DNA of 64,000 bases, taken from contig QMRC01000004.1 in NCBI GenBank assembly GCA_003649205.1, positions 1 to 64,000 on the forward strand, in the 5' to 3' direction. Below the pieces are notes generated by a model that was not told the origin of the DNA, ran no database searches, and was given only the letters and a program-made list of their open reading frames with translations. The number at the start of each line of letters is the position of its first letter. The stretch's first letter is position 1. Positions 1 through 9,897 of this stretch are shown here, one piece after another. This stretch comes from Thermoprotei archaeon (lineage in GTDB: Archaea > Thermoproteota > Thermoprotei > Thermoproteales > B15-G16). A program made the position numbers and the translations under genes.

Positions 1-1
1 A

Positions 2-202
2 GGTCATCAACTAGCTGAAGAAGATGAACTACTGAATTGGTACAGAGATCCGAAGTGGATGAAGATGAATGAGTTAATAGGTAGGTGGCATCTATTGGAA
101 GTAGCTAAGTTATTGAGAAGAGCAAGCAGGCTAAGGACCCTACTTCAGAGATCTTTGGTAAAATCTTACGAGGTGAAAGGTAGTGTAACGAGGAAATATT
201 AG
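2..202 (+). CDS. 3' end of a gene entering from the left edge (partial, unknown function)
   Basis: Frame 2 is open from base 2 (GHQLAEEDELLNWYRDPKW...) to TAG at 200-202. Confidence 0.6.
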   Translation, partial: GHQLAEEDELLNWYRDPKWMKMNELIGRWHLLEVAKLLRRASRLRTLLQRSLVKSYEVKGSVTRKY

Positions 203-209
203 AAGTTGT

Positions 210-287
210 TGGTGCCCCGGCCGGGATTTGAACCCGGGTCACGGGCTCGAGAGGCCCGCATACTTGACCGGGCTATACGACCGGGGC
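210..287 (-). tRNA. tRNA-Glu(CTC), CCA encoded
   Basis: Reverse complement folds as a cloverleaf: GCCCCGG acceptor, anticodon arm CGGGC-CTCTCGA-GCCCG, GGTTCAAATCC T-arm, ACCA end. Confidence 0.97.
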
Positions 288-340
288 GACTCTGTCTTGT
301 TCTTGATGTGGAGGTTTCTTATGTCTTTCTCTATTTCTAC

Positions 341-1099
341 TTAGGGTGGTTTGAAGCTACATACTAGGTTGCTCATGCATTTTCCACAGCAATCAACTTC
401 CTCCTCTACCTTCAGTAGCTTCTTATAGGTTCTCGATACTTCCTGTAGCATTCTAAAGCACTTCTCTCTTCCACCTTTCTCCCAGTTCTTCAATGCATTT
501 AGTGGGCATCTCTCTATGCAAGCACTGCACTCTATTCCTCTCTTAGCTAGACAGTACTCTTCCTTAATTGGTTCTCCACTTGGTCTTACTCTTGCTGTTG
601 TTACTAAGGTACCTAGCCTAACTGAGCAACCTATCTTCGTTATTATGAGTCTGTGCTTCCCGAGGGTACCTAGTCCAGCCAGGTAAGCTATGTATCTGTG
701 ACTCCAGTTGCTGTGTACTGTCCCGTGTAGTGTTACTTCGGGTACTGCTGCCTCGTATCCTCTAGCTCTTAGGTAATTGCTCAGTATGTGAAGTAGTTGC
801 TTGAGCACTTTGTTTAGGAGTACGTACTCTCTAGCGTAGCTTAGTGCAATTTCTTTCTCTCTAGCGTTCCGGAGTATAGCATCTACGCTATGTGGTACAG
901 CAACCACTATGACTGATCTAGCTCTCGGTAGTATGGTCTCTGGATCTAAGTGATTTATCTCCCTAATGCTTTTTCTCAAGTTCTTCACTACACATGAGCT
1001 GACCAGCGGTTTTGTTCTGAGCTGTATGTGGTATCTATGGTATAGTCTCGCTACTGTGTCCTGTACTACCGTGTCTAGTTCATCGAGTTCAATACTCAT
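341..1099 (-). CDS. Epoxyqueuosine reductase (QueG)-like 4Fe-4S protein
   Basis: WSHRYIAYLAGLGTLG, VRLGTLVT, C-x6-CSACIERCP and CCGKCMSNLVC ferredoxin-type motifs. Confidence 0.75.
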   Translation of the reverse strand: MSIELDELDTVVQDTVARLYHRYHIQLRTKPLVSSCVVKNLRKSIREINHLDPETILPRARSVIVVAVPHSVDAILRNAREKEIALSYAREYVLLNKVLKQLLHILSNYLRARGYEAAVPEVTLHGTVHSNWSHRYIAYLAGLGTLGKHRLIITKIGCSVRLGTLVTTARVRPSGEPIKEEYCLAKRGIECSACIERCPLNALKNWEKGGREKCFRMLQEVSRTYKKLLKVEEEVDCCGKCMSNLVCSFKPP

Positions 1100-1101
1100 C
1101 T

Positions 1102-1284
1102 CTACTCAGGTTTTATCTCTATGTCCTTCGGTACTAATCCTTCCTGCTTCATTCTGATGAATTGTTCGTAAAGTTTCTTCCTTATTACCTTGCTACCACA
1201 TCTATAGCAGTAGTACTTGCCTTCGATTAGTGCAAGGACATCTCTACTACCGCATATGCAACACTTGATCTCTTCTCCTGACAT
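1102..1284 (-). CDS. Small Zn-ribbon protein
   Basis: CCIC...CYRC pairs; start moved to ATG at 1284 (MSGEEIKC). Confidence 0.7.
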   Translation of the reverse strand: MSGEEIKCCICGSRDVLALIEGKYYCYRCGSKVIRKKLYEQFIRMKQEGLVPKDIEIKPE

Positions 1285-1359
1285 ACCGTTTACTATCGTC
1301 ACTATGTGGGGTATATACTTATTCCTGATCTCGTCCACACATAATCTGGGGGGTTTGTC

Positions 1360-1848
1360 ATGGCTAGGCTGTACGTAGTGCCTGTAGTGGGTGATTACGT
1401 GTGCTTGACTAGGTTTGGTGGTGTTCTGTGTTTTCCAGGTTCTAGGTTTGATGTTGGTTCTGTGATTGTGGACTGTGTTAATGATGTCTTAAGTGAGTTT
1501 GGTGTTGAAGGTGTGGAGTCTCTACGTGAGGTTGTTGTGATTGAGGGTTTTGGTGATGTTGATGTTGATTATGCTCGTAAAGCTGTTGTGAATCCACCGA
1601 GAGTTGGTCTTCACTTTGTGTTCATGGGTGAGTTCGATAGAGTTCCTAGCCCTCATTTTCCTGATCATGAGGTTTCGGTGTATGTCCTCTGTTTGTGTAG
1701 GGAGGTTAGTGGTGAGTTGATTAGGTATGGGTTTAGGGAAATACTGGATAGATTTCAAGATCTCAGTATTGAGCCTTGGTCTTTGCTCTTGCTCAAGGTC
1801 TTACGTGCTGGGTATGTACCTAAGTCCTGGTTGAGAGTACTGCGGTGA
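1360..1848 (+). CDS. Hypothetical protein, possibly a degenerate Nudix fold
   Basis: 162-aa ORF; beta-strand pattern and FPG motif resemble Nudix, but there is no intact Nudix box. Confidence 0.5.
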   Translation: MARLYVVPVVGDYVCLTRFGGVLCFPGSRFDVGSVIVDCVNDVLSEFGVEGVESLREVVVIEGFGDVDVDYARKAVVNPPRVGLHFVFMGEFDRVPSPHFPDHEVSVYVLCLCREVSGELIRYGFREILDRFQDLSIEPWSLLLLKVLRAGYVPKSWLRVLR

Positions 1849-1912
1849 GCTTTATCTGCGTGCAACTTATTACTTATTTCTGTTATGGAGTTACTTGGGT
1901 TTTGGTGATTTC

Positions 1913-2986
1913 ATGGAGGTTAGTACTGAGTTTCCTGATGTAGTTAAGCTTGTTTTCAGGAAGTACCTTAGTGTGTTAGAGGGTAAGGACTACCCACTTC
2001 ACTACGTAGTTAAGTCTATAGAGGTTGAGTTCAAGCCTGATGACTCGCTTAGAAGGTTGTGGCAACTTCATGACGTAGCTCTTCAGGAGATGTGGGACTT
2101 AATCAGTGAGCAGAGATCTGGAGAGATCATTGGTTTGAGACCCAAGCAATCATTGTTAGACCTCAAGATCTGTATTGCTGAAAACATAGTGAGGTCATGT
2201 CACTTTTGCGAAAATAGGTGTAGGGTAAATAGGTTTGCTGGTCAAGTAGGTAAGTGTAGATGTCCCTACAGAGTTGTTGTGCATAGTGCATTTACACACT
2301 ACGGTGAAGAAAGCTTCGTATCACCATCGTTCACTATATTCACTCTTGGGTGTAATTTCCACTGTGTCTATTGTCAGAACTGGCGTATTAGTCAGTGGTA
2401 CGATGAAGGAACTAACCTAGACTACAGCTACATGGCGTACCTAGTTGATGAAGCATTTGATAGAGGTGCGAGAAACTTAAACCTCTATGGAGGAGAACCA
2501 ACACCTTGGATACACGAGTGGTTGAAGGTAATAAAGGAGATTAAGAAACCCATACCAATACTCTTCAACTCAAATGGCTACTTCACACCTGAAGCACAGA
2601 AAATACTTGAAGGAGTTGTAGACATAATGAAGATAGACCTAAAGTACGGAAACGATGACTGTGCACGTAAGCTATCAGGAGTAGAGAACTATTGGGACAT
2701 AGTCACTAGAAACACCAAGGCATGTGTAGGTAAGTTCATGCTTCTCCTAAGACACCTAATATTACCAAATCACGTAGAGTGCTGCTCCGAGAAGATACTC
2801 AAGTGGTTGAGCCAAGAAATTGAACCAGATAAGTACGTACTCAACATAATGACACAGTACCAACCTGAATACCGAGTTCTCAGAGGAGAATTTCCAGAAC
2901 TAGCTAGACACGTCAACAAGGATGAAGTGGAAAAAGTAGTGAAGCTAGCAAAGGACCTAGGTCTAAGCTACATAGTGGAGAGATAG
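1913..2986 (+). CDS. Radical SAM protein, PflX family
   Basis: CNFHCVYC radical SAM motif, N-terminal CHFCENRCRVNR, GGEPTP, NIMTQYQP. Confidence 0.85.
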   Translation: MEVSTEFPDVVKLVFRKYLSVLEGKDYPLHYVVKSIEVEFKPDDSLRRLWQLHDVALQEMWDLISEQRSGEIIGLRPKQSLLDLKICIAENIVRSCHFCENRCRVNRFAGQVGKCRCPYRVVVHSAFTHYGEESFVSPSFTIFTLGCNFHCVYCQNWRISQWYDEGTNLDYSYMAYLVDEAFDRGARNLNLYGGEPTPWIHEWLKVIKEIKKPIPILFNSNGYFTPEAQKILEGVVDIMKIDLKYGNDDCARKLSGVENYWDIVTRNTKACVGKFMLLLRHLILPNHVECCSEKILKWLSQEIEPDKYVLNIMTQYQPEYRVLRGEFPELARHVNKDEVEKVVKLAKDLGLSYIVER

Positions 2987-3149
2987 ACCACCCTCACTTT
3001 CACCTTACCCTCTATCTCCACTATCGAGACAGTACCTAGAACGAAAGCGGTACTAAACCCAGAGCACAGCTAGATTACCGTAACGAGGAAACATACCATG
3101 GCAAAGAGCACAAAAACCCAATCAACAGCACAAGCACACGAGGATTACC

Positions 3150-4061
3150 ATGAGCTACCTGTACTGTACAGAATGTGGTGGGAAAGTCATCAGAAACGAA
3201 AGTGGCGAGCTAGTGTGTACGCAGTGCGGATTAGTACACAACGAAATCATACTGCCAGAGTACGGTAGTGGAAAGAGGGTAGAGGTACCAAAGGAGTTTC
3301 AGATACCTGAAGTGCACAACCAGAACATACGTCAAGAGTACGCGCACTTAATGAAGATAGATAGGATCATAAGATCAACATCGAGTAGCTACCAAAGAGC
3401 ACTACAGTGCCTACTCAAGATAGGTGAGAAGCTAAACATACCTAGAGAAGTCATAGAATACGCCTACAACCTATACCTCAAAGCAGTTAGACACGACCTA
3501 CACAAGGAAAAAGACATAACACACTACAAAGTAGCACTAACCTGTCTACTCATAGCAATCAAGAAATTCATGAGAAATCCAGTTAGCATAAAGGAATGTC
3601 TAAGAGTATTCAGAGAAGAAGGACACAGGATAACCTTAGGTGACATCTCGAAAATAATTGTAGCACTAAGGAGGGTCCTCCAGCTAGAGACAGTAGTGCT
3701 AGACCTTAGACAGTACATCGTGAGAATAGTGAACGAACTGTACTCAAACCCATACATAGAGATGTACATACTGAAGAAGAGCAAGTACCTATATCCACAG
3801 TCACTGAGAGGAGCAATTCTGCAGGAAGCGCTCAAGATAAGTGAGAAGATTAGTCCAAGTATTAGAGCAGGTAAGAATCCACAGATCCTAGCTCTAGCAA
3901 TAGTATATGAAGCAGAGAGAAGAGTTAGGAGGAGATTTGGTATAACCAGGATCTATACACAGAATGAAATTGCTAGGAGATTTGGATACAGCGTTCACAC
4001 ACTTCGTGAGTACGTGAAGTTGATTAGGAGCTTACAGCAATTTCATGAGGTAAGTCCGTAA
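3150..4061 (+). CDS. Divergent TFB (TFIIB) paralogue
   Basis: N-terminal Zn ribbon CTECGG...GELVCTQCGLV, two cyclin-like repeats, GKNPQILALAIVY, C-terminal HTH TQNEIARRFGYSVHTLRE. Confidence 0.85.
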   Translation: MSYLYCTECGGKVIRNESGELVCTQCGLVHNEIILPEYGSGKRVEVPKEFQIPEVHNQNIRQEYAHLMKIDRIIRSTSSSYQRALQCLLKIGEKLNIPREVIEYAYNLYLKAVRHDLHKEKDITHYKVALTCLLIAIKKFMRNPVSIKECLRVFREEGHRITLGDISKIIVALRRVLQLETVVLDLRQYIVRIVNELYSNPYIEMYILKKSKYLYPQSLRGAILQEALKISEKISPSIRAGKNPQILALAIVYEAERRVRRRFGITRIYTQNEIARRFGYSVHTLREYVKLIRSLQQFHEVSP

Positions 4062-4959
4062 CATTCCAGTTAAAGTAAGCGACAACAGTAACTGGGACCT
4101 TAACCGTGATCTTCCTACTCAATACCTTGAAGTCCTTAACGAGGTACTTACCTTCGGGATCCTTAACATCGACTTTAAGCCCTATCTTACCGATGTACTT
4201 TGCGGTAGTCACATTGCCATTACTCGATATGCTGTAAAGACTTAATTTACCTCTAAACGAATACCTAATCCATAGATCTAGAGAGCTAGCTCTCTTCTTT
4301 AGCGTTGTACTCAGTGCTTTCCTAATGCATCTAGCTATGGCACGAGCTATGTCATCACTAAAGACTTCTGATGTGAAGTTAACCTCTCGTCGTATCTTGA
4401 GCTTGTGAAGGAATGATGTGTAGAGGTCAATAGCTTTAACTCTGTACATTAGGGTCACTGTGCTATCGATGTCTTTGGTGTAGCGGTAGAGTTTCTTACC
4501 GATCTTGAACCAAGCTCTGAAGACTAGGTTTGTGCATACGGTAGGTCTACCCTCTGGATCTAAGTTCACCACTACGTTGCTTTCTGTTAGTACGACTTCA
4601 ATACATAGGTTTGATTTTGTGAGTACAGTGTTGTACTTTTGGATGTAATTTAGTACTTCTCTCTTCACGTACTTAGCTAGGTCACTGAATTTCCACGTGG
4701 TATTAGTTAGGTAGTTCAGTAGTGCTTTATCGCACGCCACCATTGCATACACGTGAATTGCTCTACTTATTGACCTTTGGAGCGTAATTGTTTCAATTGC
4801 TCGTTTGTAGATTGTTGTTGCTGATATCAAACCAGTTATGACCTGTGTCGCTACTGAGGATGCGAGTAAGATAACGACTAAGTACAGTAGTGCTATGTAT
4901 GTGAAGACTTCCCCTCTACTTCTTGATGATCTGTACATAGAGTACTCTACCCTCCTCAT
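4024..4959 (-). CDS. Putative prepilin-like secreted protein
   Basis: Basic leader RSSRSRG followed by a hydrophobic stretch (class III signal peptide-like; likely start ATG 4938); beta-rich body. Confidence 0.55.
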   Translation of the reverse strand: MRRVEYSMYRSSRSRGEVFTYIALLYLVVILLASSVATQVITGLISATTIYKRAIETITLQRSISRAIHVYAMVACDKALLNYLTNTTWKFSDLAKYVKREVLNYIQKYNTVLTKSNLCIEVVLTESNVVVNLDPEGRPTVCTNLVFRAWFKIGKKLYRYTKDIDSTVTLMYRVKAIDLYTSFLHKLKIRREVNFTSEVFSDDIARAIARCIRKALSTTLKKRASSLDLWIRYSFRGKLSLYSISSNGNVTTAKYIGKIGLKVDVKDPEGKYLVKDFKVLSRKITVKVPVTVVAYFNWNVTDLPHEIAVSS

Positions 4960-5236
4960 CTAGGACAGGTACTAGAAGCGTAGCATTGCTACACACCTCT
5001 GTACTCACTAGTATTAGTGCGTGGTCTGTACTACTGACACTAATGAGCTGTGAAGTGCTGTAGTTACCTAGAACTACATCAACGACAACATCAGGTACGT
5101 ACTTACTAACTGCATGCGCTATGGCGCACTCATTAACTAGCTCCTCAACCTTGCTGCTTGGTATGTATAGGGGTAGGTACGTAGCTGGAATCAGTACGGT
5201 TATCAGCAAGAGAACCTCAAGTAGGTACCACCTCAC
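4916..5236 (-). CDS. Small N-terminally anchored hypothetical protein (minor pilin-like)
   Basis: Hydrophobic N-terminus LLEVLLLITVLIP; overlaps neighbours in an operon. Confidence 0.5.
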   Translation of the reverse strand: MRWYLLEVLLLITVLIPATYLPLYIPSSKVEELVNECAIAHAVSKYVPDVVVDVVLGNYSTSQLISVSSTDHALILVSTEVCSNATLLVPVLDEEGRVLYVQIIKK

Positions 5237-5604
5237 TACTTCATCACCCCAAGAAACTTCTCCATGATTAGCACTAGGTGCTTCAGCACTGTTGTGAGTA
5301 GTGTTGTTACTACACTCATTAATGCTACTATCACCAGTGCGTAGGTCACTGTAATTGCTAAGTAGATGAGTGATCCCCTTCTAGATCTCCTGGATAGCCT
5401 TTTGAAGATGGTGTAGGAGGGTACTATCGTGAATCCACTATCTATTAGGTACTCATGTAGTGTAGCGTTGACTTCTCGGTACTTCTTTATCAGGATTACG
5501 AGATTTAGTATTGTTGTTAGAGTTGTGAACAGGATAATAGCTGCTAGGATGCAGGATACTAGTAACCATAGTACACTAGCTGTAGATTCCTCAAATAGCT
5601 TCAT
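5236..5604 (-). CDS. Two-TM small membrane protein with an internal prepilin-like site
   Basis: Two hydrophobic helices; the second is preceded by RRSRRG. Confidence 0.55.
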   Translation of the reverse strand: MKLFEESTASVLWLLVSCILAAIILFTTLTTILNLVILIKKYREVNATLHEYLIDSGFTIVPSYTIFKRLSRRSRRGSLIYLAITVTYALVIVALMSVVTTLLTTVLKHLVLIMEKFLGVMK

Positions 5605-5702
5605 GATGTTCGCTAGAGGTGCTTCAATTAGGAATTTAAGGAGTACTAGCCATGTTGATTACCCCCTTATAAGTTATTGAGACTCAACACTTGGGTGCTT
5701 AG

Positions 5703-7460
5703 GTGCTTAAGCTAACTCCAGGTGCGTTAAAAGGTGGCTTAGCGAAGTTAGTGAAGGTATTGAGTAGCGAAGTTACTCGTGATGAAGCTCCGGTATGGGA
5801 GCAAATACTTCACTTAGTAGATGCTGTACAGCGATGTGTCTACACTACCTGCTTGTTCAGGTGTGAGAAGTGTCCGTTGACGTGTGATAGGTTCTTGATG
5901 ATTAGGGAGCATTTGAAGCTATACCCGTGCTCTGGTACGCTAATTCTCGATCCTAGAGCAGTGAGGGTTGAGGACATTACCTGTAGTAAGTTCCCAAAGA
6001 TTTGGCTTAATGAGATCAGGCACAGGTTAACTAAGCTACAGACAGCCTTCTCCTCTGTGGTGGTTCAGAGACAAGCTCTCGGTGATATGCATGTTCATGA
6101 GAGAGATACCGAGTTTATCTCTGGTTCCGAGACTTACAGGGTTAATATCTTCTTAGTTGTGGTGAGTAGAGAGAGGTTGAGTTATTGTGCTAAGCCATAT
6201 CTTCCAGTTTTCGTAATTAGACAGCTTGAGAAGCACTTAATTCCTGTGCTTCAGTCCATTATTGTGGAGAGGCCACAGTACTACACTGAACGTTTACTAA
6301 GGTATCGTAGGTTCATCTGTACGTACTTACTACTCACGAGAATCGATATGGATTTAGAGCAGGAGTTGATCAGTGACTTGAGTACTTATCTTGTGTTGAG
6401 ATCCTGTGGCCTTAAGTACTTAATACCGCCACTTCTCGATGCTAGAGTTGAGGATTTGTTTGCTAGGAGTTCAAGCAACTACGTCTACCTAGCGCACTCT
6501 ATAGGTGCTAATCTCGCGTATAGAGTGAGGAATGTGGTTTCAGAGCTACGAGCACTACTTAGGTTAGCTAAGTTGAAGGGTTTGGCATTAGATGAAGAGC
6601 GACCTTCAGGTAAGTGTGATATCAAGTTATTTAATCACAGCTTGAGGTTGGTCTTTGATACTCATCCCTATACGCCTAATACCATGTCGATTAACATTAG
6701 GAAGCTAGATAGGAGTTACTTCTCGCTGACGAGGCTAATTCAGTATGGTTGTCTAAGTGTTAAGGATGCGGCTTACCTACTAACTACGTTACTTCTCAAA
6801 CGTGAGAGCATTATGATTGTTGGTGAGGTTAGTACTGGAAAGACTACGCTGCTTAATGCTCTTGACCTAGCTCTACCACATAACTTGAGGAGGGTGTATA
6901 TTGAGGAAGCTGAAGAGACACCACGTGTACCGTATCTGAATCAGGTTAAGTACATTGTTGAGCCTTACGAGGTGAGTGCTAAGGCTAGGTATCTAGAGGT
7001 CATTAAGTTACTTCACAAGAGACCAGACATAGTGATCTTTGGTGAAGCTAAGGGATACCTACACTTCAAGGCCCTGTACCATGCTGTTATTACAGGTATA
7101 CGGTGTCTCGCTACAGCACATGCACCGTCAGTAAGTGCTCTCCTCATGAGATTGCTCAACATATACAAGATTCCTCCAGAAGTCATTACTCAGGTACCTG
7201 TAGTCGTAGTCATGTGTAGAGAGGGTACTGTACGGAAGGTCCGTGGTATCTATAGATTGATTCAGAAGGGTAGTGAGGTACTGCCTATAAACTACGATAT
7301 TGTACTTGAGTCTGAGGATAGTGAGTACCTGAAGTACATGGACTTAATAGCTACAGCACTTGAACACGCACTCATCAGGCATGTGTTGTCACCTACCTTA
7401 CTCTCATTCTACCTAGATGAGTTCTACAGGAGGTGTGGTCTCTATGAGGTACCTAGATAG
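5703..7460 (+). CDS. Type II/IV secretion ATPase (VirB11/TadA/FlaI family), divergent
   Basis: Walker A GEVSTGKTT, Asp box YIEEAEE, RPDIVIFGE Walker B, His box ATAHA; Cys-rich N-terminus. Confidence 0.85.
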   Translation: MLKLTPGALKGGLAKLVKVLSSEVTRDEAPVWEQILHLVDAVQRCVYTTCLFRCEKCPLTCDRFLMIREHLKLYPCSGTLILDPRAVRVEDITCSKFPKIWLNEIRHRLTKLQTAFSSVVVQRQALGDMHVHERDTEFISGSETYRVNIFLVVVSRERLSYCAKPYLPVFVIRQLEKHLIPVLQSIIVERPQYYTERLLRYRRFICTYLLLTRIDMDLEQELISDLSTYLVLRSCGLKYLIPPLLDARVEDLFARSSSNYVYLAHSIGANLAYRVRNVVSELRALLRLAKLKGLALDEERPSGKCDIKLFNHSLRLVFDTHPYTPNTMSINIRKLDRSYFSLTRLIQYGCLSVKDAAYLLTTLLLKRESIMIVGEVSTGKTTLLNALDLALPHNLRRVYIEEAEETPRVPYLNQVKYIVEPYEVSAKARYLEVIKLLHKRPDIVIFGEAKGYLHFKALYHAVITGIRCLATAHAPSVSALLMRLLNIYKIPPEVITQVPVVVVMCREGTVRKVRGIYRLIQKGSEVLPINYDIVLESEDSEYLKYMDLIATALEHALIRHVLSPTLLSFYLDEFYRRCGLYEVPR

Positions 7461-7845
7461 GTTGTGTAGGAAGTATGTTGATGAGGTACATCCTCCAAGG
7501 GTCTCACTTCAGCTACCTACAGGTACTACGTTACTTCGTGTTAAGAGGTTCCTAAAGGGTTGTAATGATCTTGGTATTGAGGCTAAGGTTTCTAGAGTTA
7601 TATCTGAGTCACGTATTAGAGCTAATGAATTGTTGCAGTTAGAAATTGCGTCGTCTGCCACAGAGAACTGGATTACTCTCATGCTGGGTTCTATAGCGAT
7701 GACTCCAGTCATCATTGTTGTCGTTGCTGTAGTTACGAAGTCCTCATACTTAGCTTTAGCTGCATGCCTAAGCGTCTGTGCTGTTGTCCCAATTCTCTTC
7801 TACAAGGTACGGAGAAAAGTTCGTGAGGTGATTAGTGTTGGGTAG
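7417..7845 (+). CDS. Membrane protein, TadB/TadC-like half
   Basis: Two C-terminal TM helices; overlaps the ATPase gene. Confidence 0.5.
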   Translation: MSSTGGVVSMRYLDRLCRKYVDEVHPPRVSLQLPTGTTLLRVKRFLKGCNDLGIEAKVSRVISESRIRANELLQLEIASSATENWITLMLGSIAMTPVIIVVVAVVTKSSYLALAACLSVCAVVPILFYKVRRKVREVISVG

Positions 7846-8395
7846 TGAGGTGGATGAATTTTTCCTGAAGTACAGTGAGAAGTGTGAGAAGTTAGGACGA
7901 CCCATACAGGCTATGGCTGCTACTGATGCTCCAAGAGCATACCTCACTACGAAGAGGTATCTCCAGGGTACACTACGTCGTCGAGATTGCTCTACTACCT
8001 CGCTAATCGTGTTGAGTAGTGAGTTTAGTGATAGTCGAGGTCTTGAACTAGTTGAATTAGCAACCAAGTTTAGAGCTGATGCGTATCTAGTACTCCGCAA
8101 AGTGAGGTATGTTTTCTCATCCATGTCGATTAGGTTATCTCTTATAATGAAGTTATTTTCCCTAACGATGCCAGTGGTTTTGTCAGTATTCTGTGTCCTA
8201 CAATGTCGTGAGTATGAGTCAATGGTCTATCAGTTCCTCACTGCTATCTTAGTTCTTCAGTTGGTGACTTCTCTTCTCGATGTAAGGAGGAAAGGAGTGA
8301 ATGCTATCTTACAGGTGGTATCTTCCCTAATCTTTAAGCTACTGTACTCAATTGTTGTTTTAGTGCTGGTTGTTTCATTGGCTTCGAGCCTGTAG
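7835..8395 (+). CDS. Membrane protein, TadC-like half
   Basis: Soluble helical N-terminus plus three TM helices; same operon as the ATPase. Confidence 0.5.
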   Translation: MLGSEVDEFFLKYSEKCEKLGRPIQAMAATDAPRAYLTTKRYLQGTLRRRDCSTTSLIVLSSEFSDSRGLELVELATKFRADAYLVLRKVRYVFSSMSIRLSLIMKLFSLTMPVVLSVFCVLQCREYESMVYQFLTAILVLQLVTSLLDVRRKGVNAILQVVSSLIFKLLYSIVVLVLVVSLASSL

Positions 8396-8403
8396 ACCAT
8401 AGA

Positions 8404-9897
8404 TTATATATTTCTTCTCCATTTCCAGTAGCTCTTTAGTCTATAGTCGCTCACAGCAATACCTAGTTCACTTAATTTTGCTCTAATCTTATCAGCTAAT
8501 TCCCATAGCTTGATCTTTCTCAAGTCACTTCGTATCTCGAGTACTAAATCTATGAGTTCGTGAACTAGTTTCTCGTAGTTTACTGGTGGTGTTACCTCAT
8601 TTAGTACGCCAAATACGTTACAGAGATCTAGGTATGTGCTGTATATGTAGGATAGTACTTCTGTACTTAGCTTTTCCTCACTTGTTACTATGGTTGTTAT
8701 GATATACTTAGCTAGTGATATCAGTGTTGAGAGTGCTTTTGGTGTGTTGAAGTCGTTGTTCATGTATTTCTCAAATTCCTCTACGTAGCTATTGACCTTG
8801 ACTACAGCATCTCTTTCCCTATCGCTTAATCTATCTGGGTCTATGCTGGTTACTGTTCCTCGTTCCTTGATTACTTCCTTTAGGTAGTCATGTGCTGTGT
8901 AGAGTGTATCGAGTATTGTTCGATATTGCTCGAGGTGCTCCATAGCGAAGTCCAGTGGTTTCCTGTACTGTGTTGATGCTATGTACAGTCTAAATACTTC
9001 AGGATTGTACTTAGCCAAGACGTCTTTCACGAGTACGATGTTCCCTAGTGACTTCGACATCTTTTCACCCTTAATCGTTACGAGACCTACGTGCATCCAA
9101 TACCTAGCAAATGAGCTAGGTCCATGTAGTACCCTAGCTATGGCTAGCTCATTTTCGTGATGAGGAAACACTAGATCTTGTCCACCACCGTGAATATCAA
9201 ATACCTGTCCAAGGTACTTCGTAGCCATGACGACACACTCGAGGTGCCAACCAGGTCTACCAGGTCCCCAAGGTGTTTCCCACCATGGTTCACCAGGTTT
9301 CCTACCTTTCCAAAGTGCGAAGTCTAGTGGATTTCTCTTATATGGTTCTGGTTCTACTCTGGCACCTGCAATTAGCTCCTCTATCTTCTGATGCGATAGT
9401 TCTCCGTAGTTAGGTACCTTAGTTACATCGAAGTAAACTGAGTGATCTGGTGTTACATATGCGTAACCTAGCTCTATGAGCTTCTTTATTGCATCTACCA
9501 TGTCCTGTATATGCTCCGTCACTCTCGGATTTTTGTATGCTGGCTTTATGTGGAGCTTCTCACAAACCTCGTAGTAGTCCTTAATATAGGTCTCAGTTAT
9601 CTCTCTCCAATCTCTACCCTCTGACCTAGCTCTATTTAGTATCTTATCATCAATATCTGTGAAGTTGACTACGAGCTTAACCTCGAGGCCTAGGTACTCG
9701 AAGTACCTCCTAACGATGTCGAAGAATACGTAGACTCTAGCATGGCCGACATGTGTGTAGTCGTAAGGTGTAGGGCCACACACGTATATCTTAACTGTAC
9801 CTGGTTCGGTTAGGATTAACTTCTCTAGTTGTCGAGAAGCAGTGTTGTATATGAGTATGGGTGTCTCTCTTTCCCCTCTTAAACTACCTCTGAGCAG
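8404..9897 (-). CDS. cysS: Cysteinyl-tRNA synthetase
   Basis: CGPT, HVGH (HIGH), GRPGWHLEC, HGGGQDLVFPHHENE, KMSKS. The frame stays open upstream of the track's GTG (9783) through the conserved IYNT; start placed tentatively at CTG 9897. Confidence 0.95.
   Translation of the reverse strand: MLRGSLRGERETPILIYNTASRQLEKLILTEPGTVKIYVCGPTPYDYTHVGHARVYVFFDIVRRYFEYLGLEVKLVVNFTDIDDKILNRARSEGRDWREITETYIKDYYEVCEKLHIKPAYKNPRVTEHIQDMVDAIKKLIELGYAYVTPDHSVYFDVTKVPNYGELSHQKIEELIAGARVEPEPYKRNPLDFALWKGRKPGEPWWETPWGPGRPGWHLECVVMATKYLGQVFDIHGGGQDLVFPHHENELAIARVLHGPSSFARYWMHVGLVTIKGEKMSKSLGNIVLVKDVLAKYNPEVFRLYIASTQYRKPLDFAMEHLEQYRTILDTLYTAHDYLKEVIKERGTVTSIDPDRLSDRERDAVVKVNSYVEEFEKYMNNDFNTPKALSTLISLAKYIITTIVTSEEKLSTEVLSYIYSTYLDLCNVFGVLNEVTPPVNYEKLVHELIDLVLEIRSDLRKIKLWELADKIRAKLSELGIAVSDYRLKSYWKWRRNI

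Noticed and set aside
4024-8395. Ced/Ted DNA-import system
   Set aside because: The ATPase is VirB11/TadA-type rather than VirB4/HerA-like, and no CedA-sized polytopic protein is present
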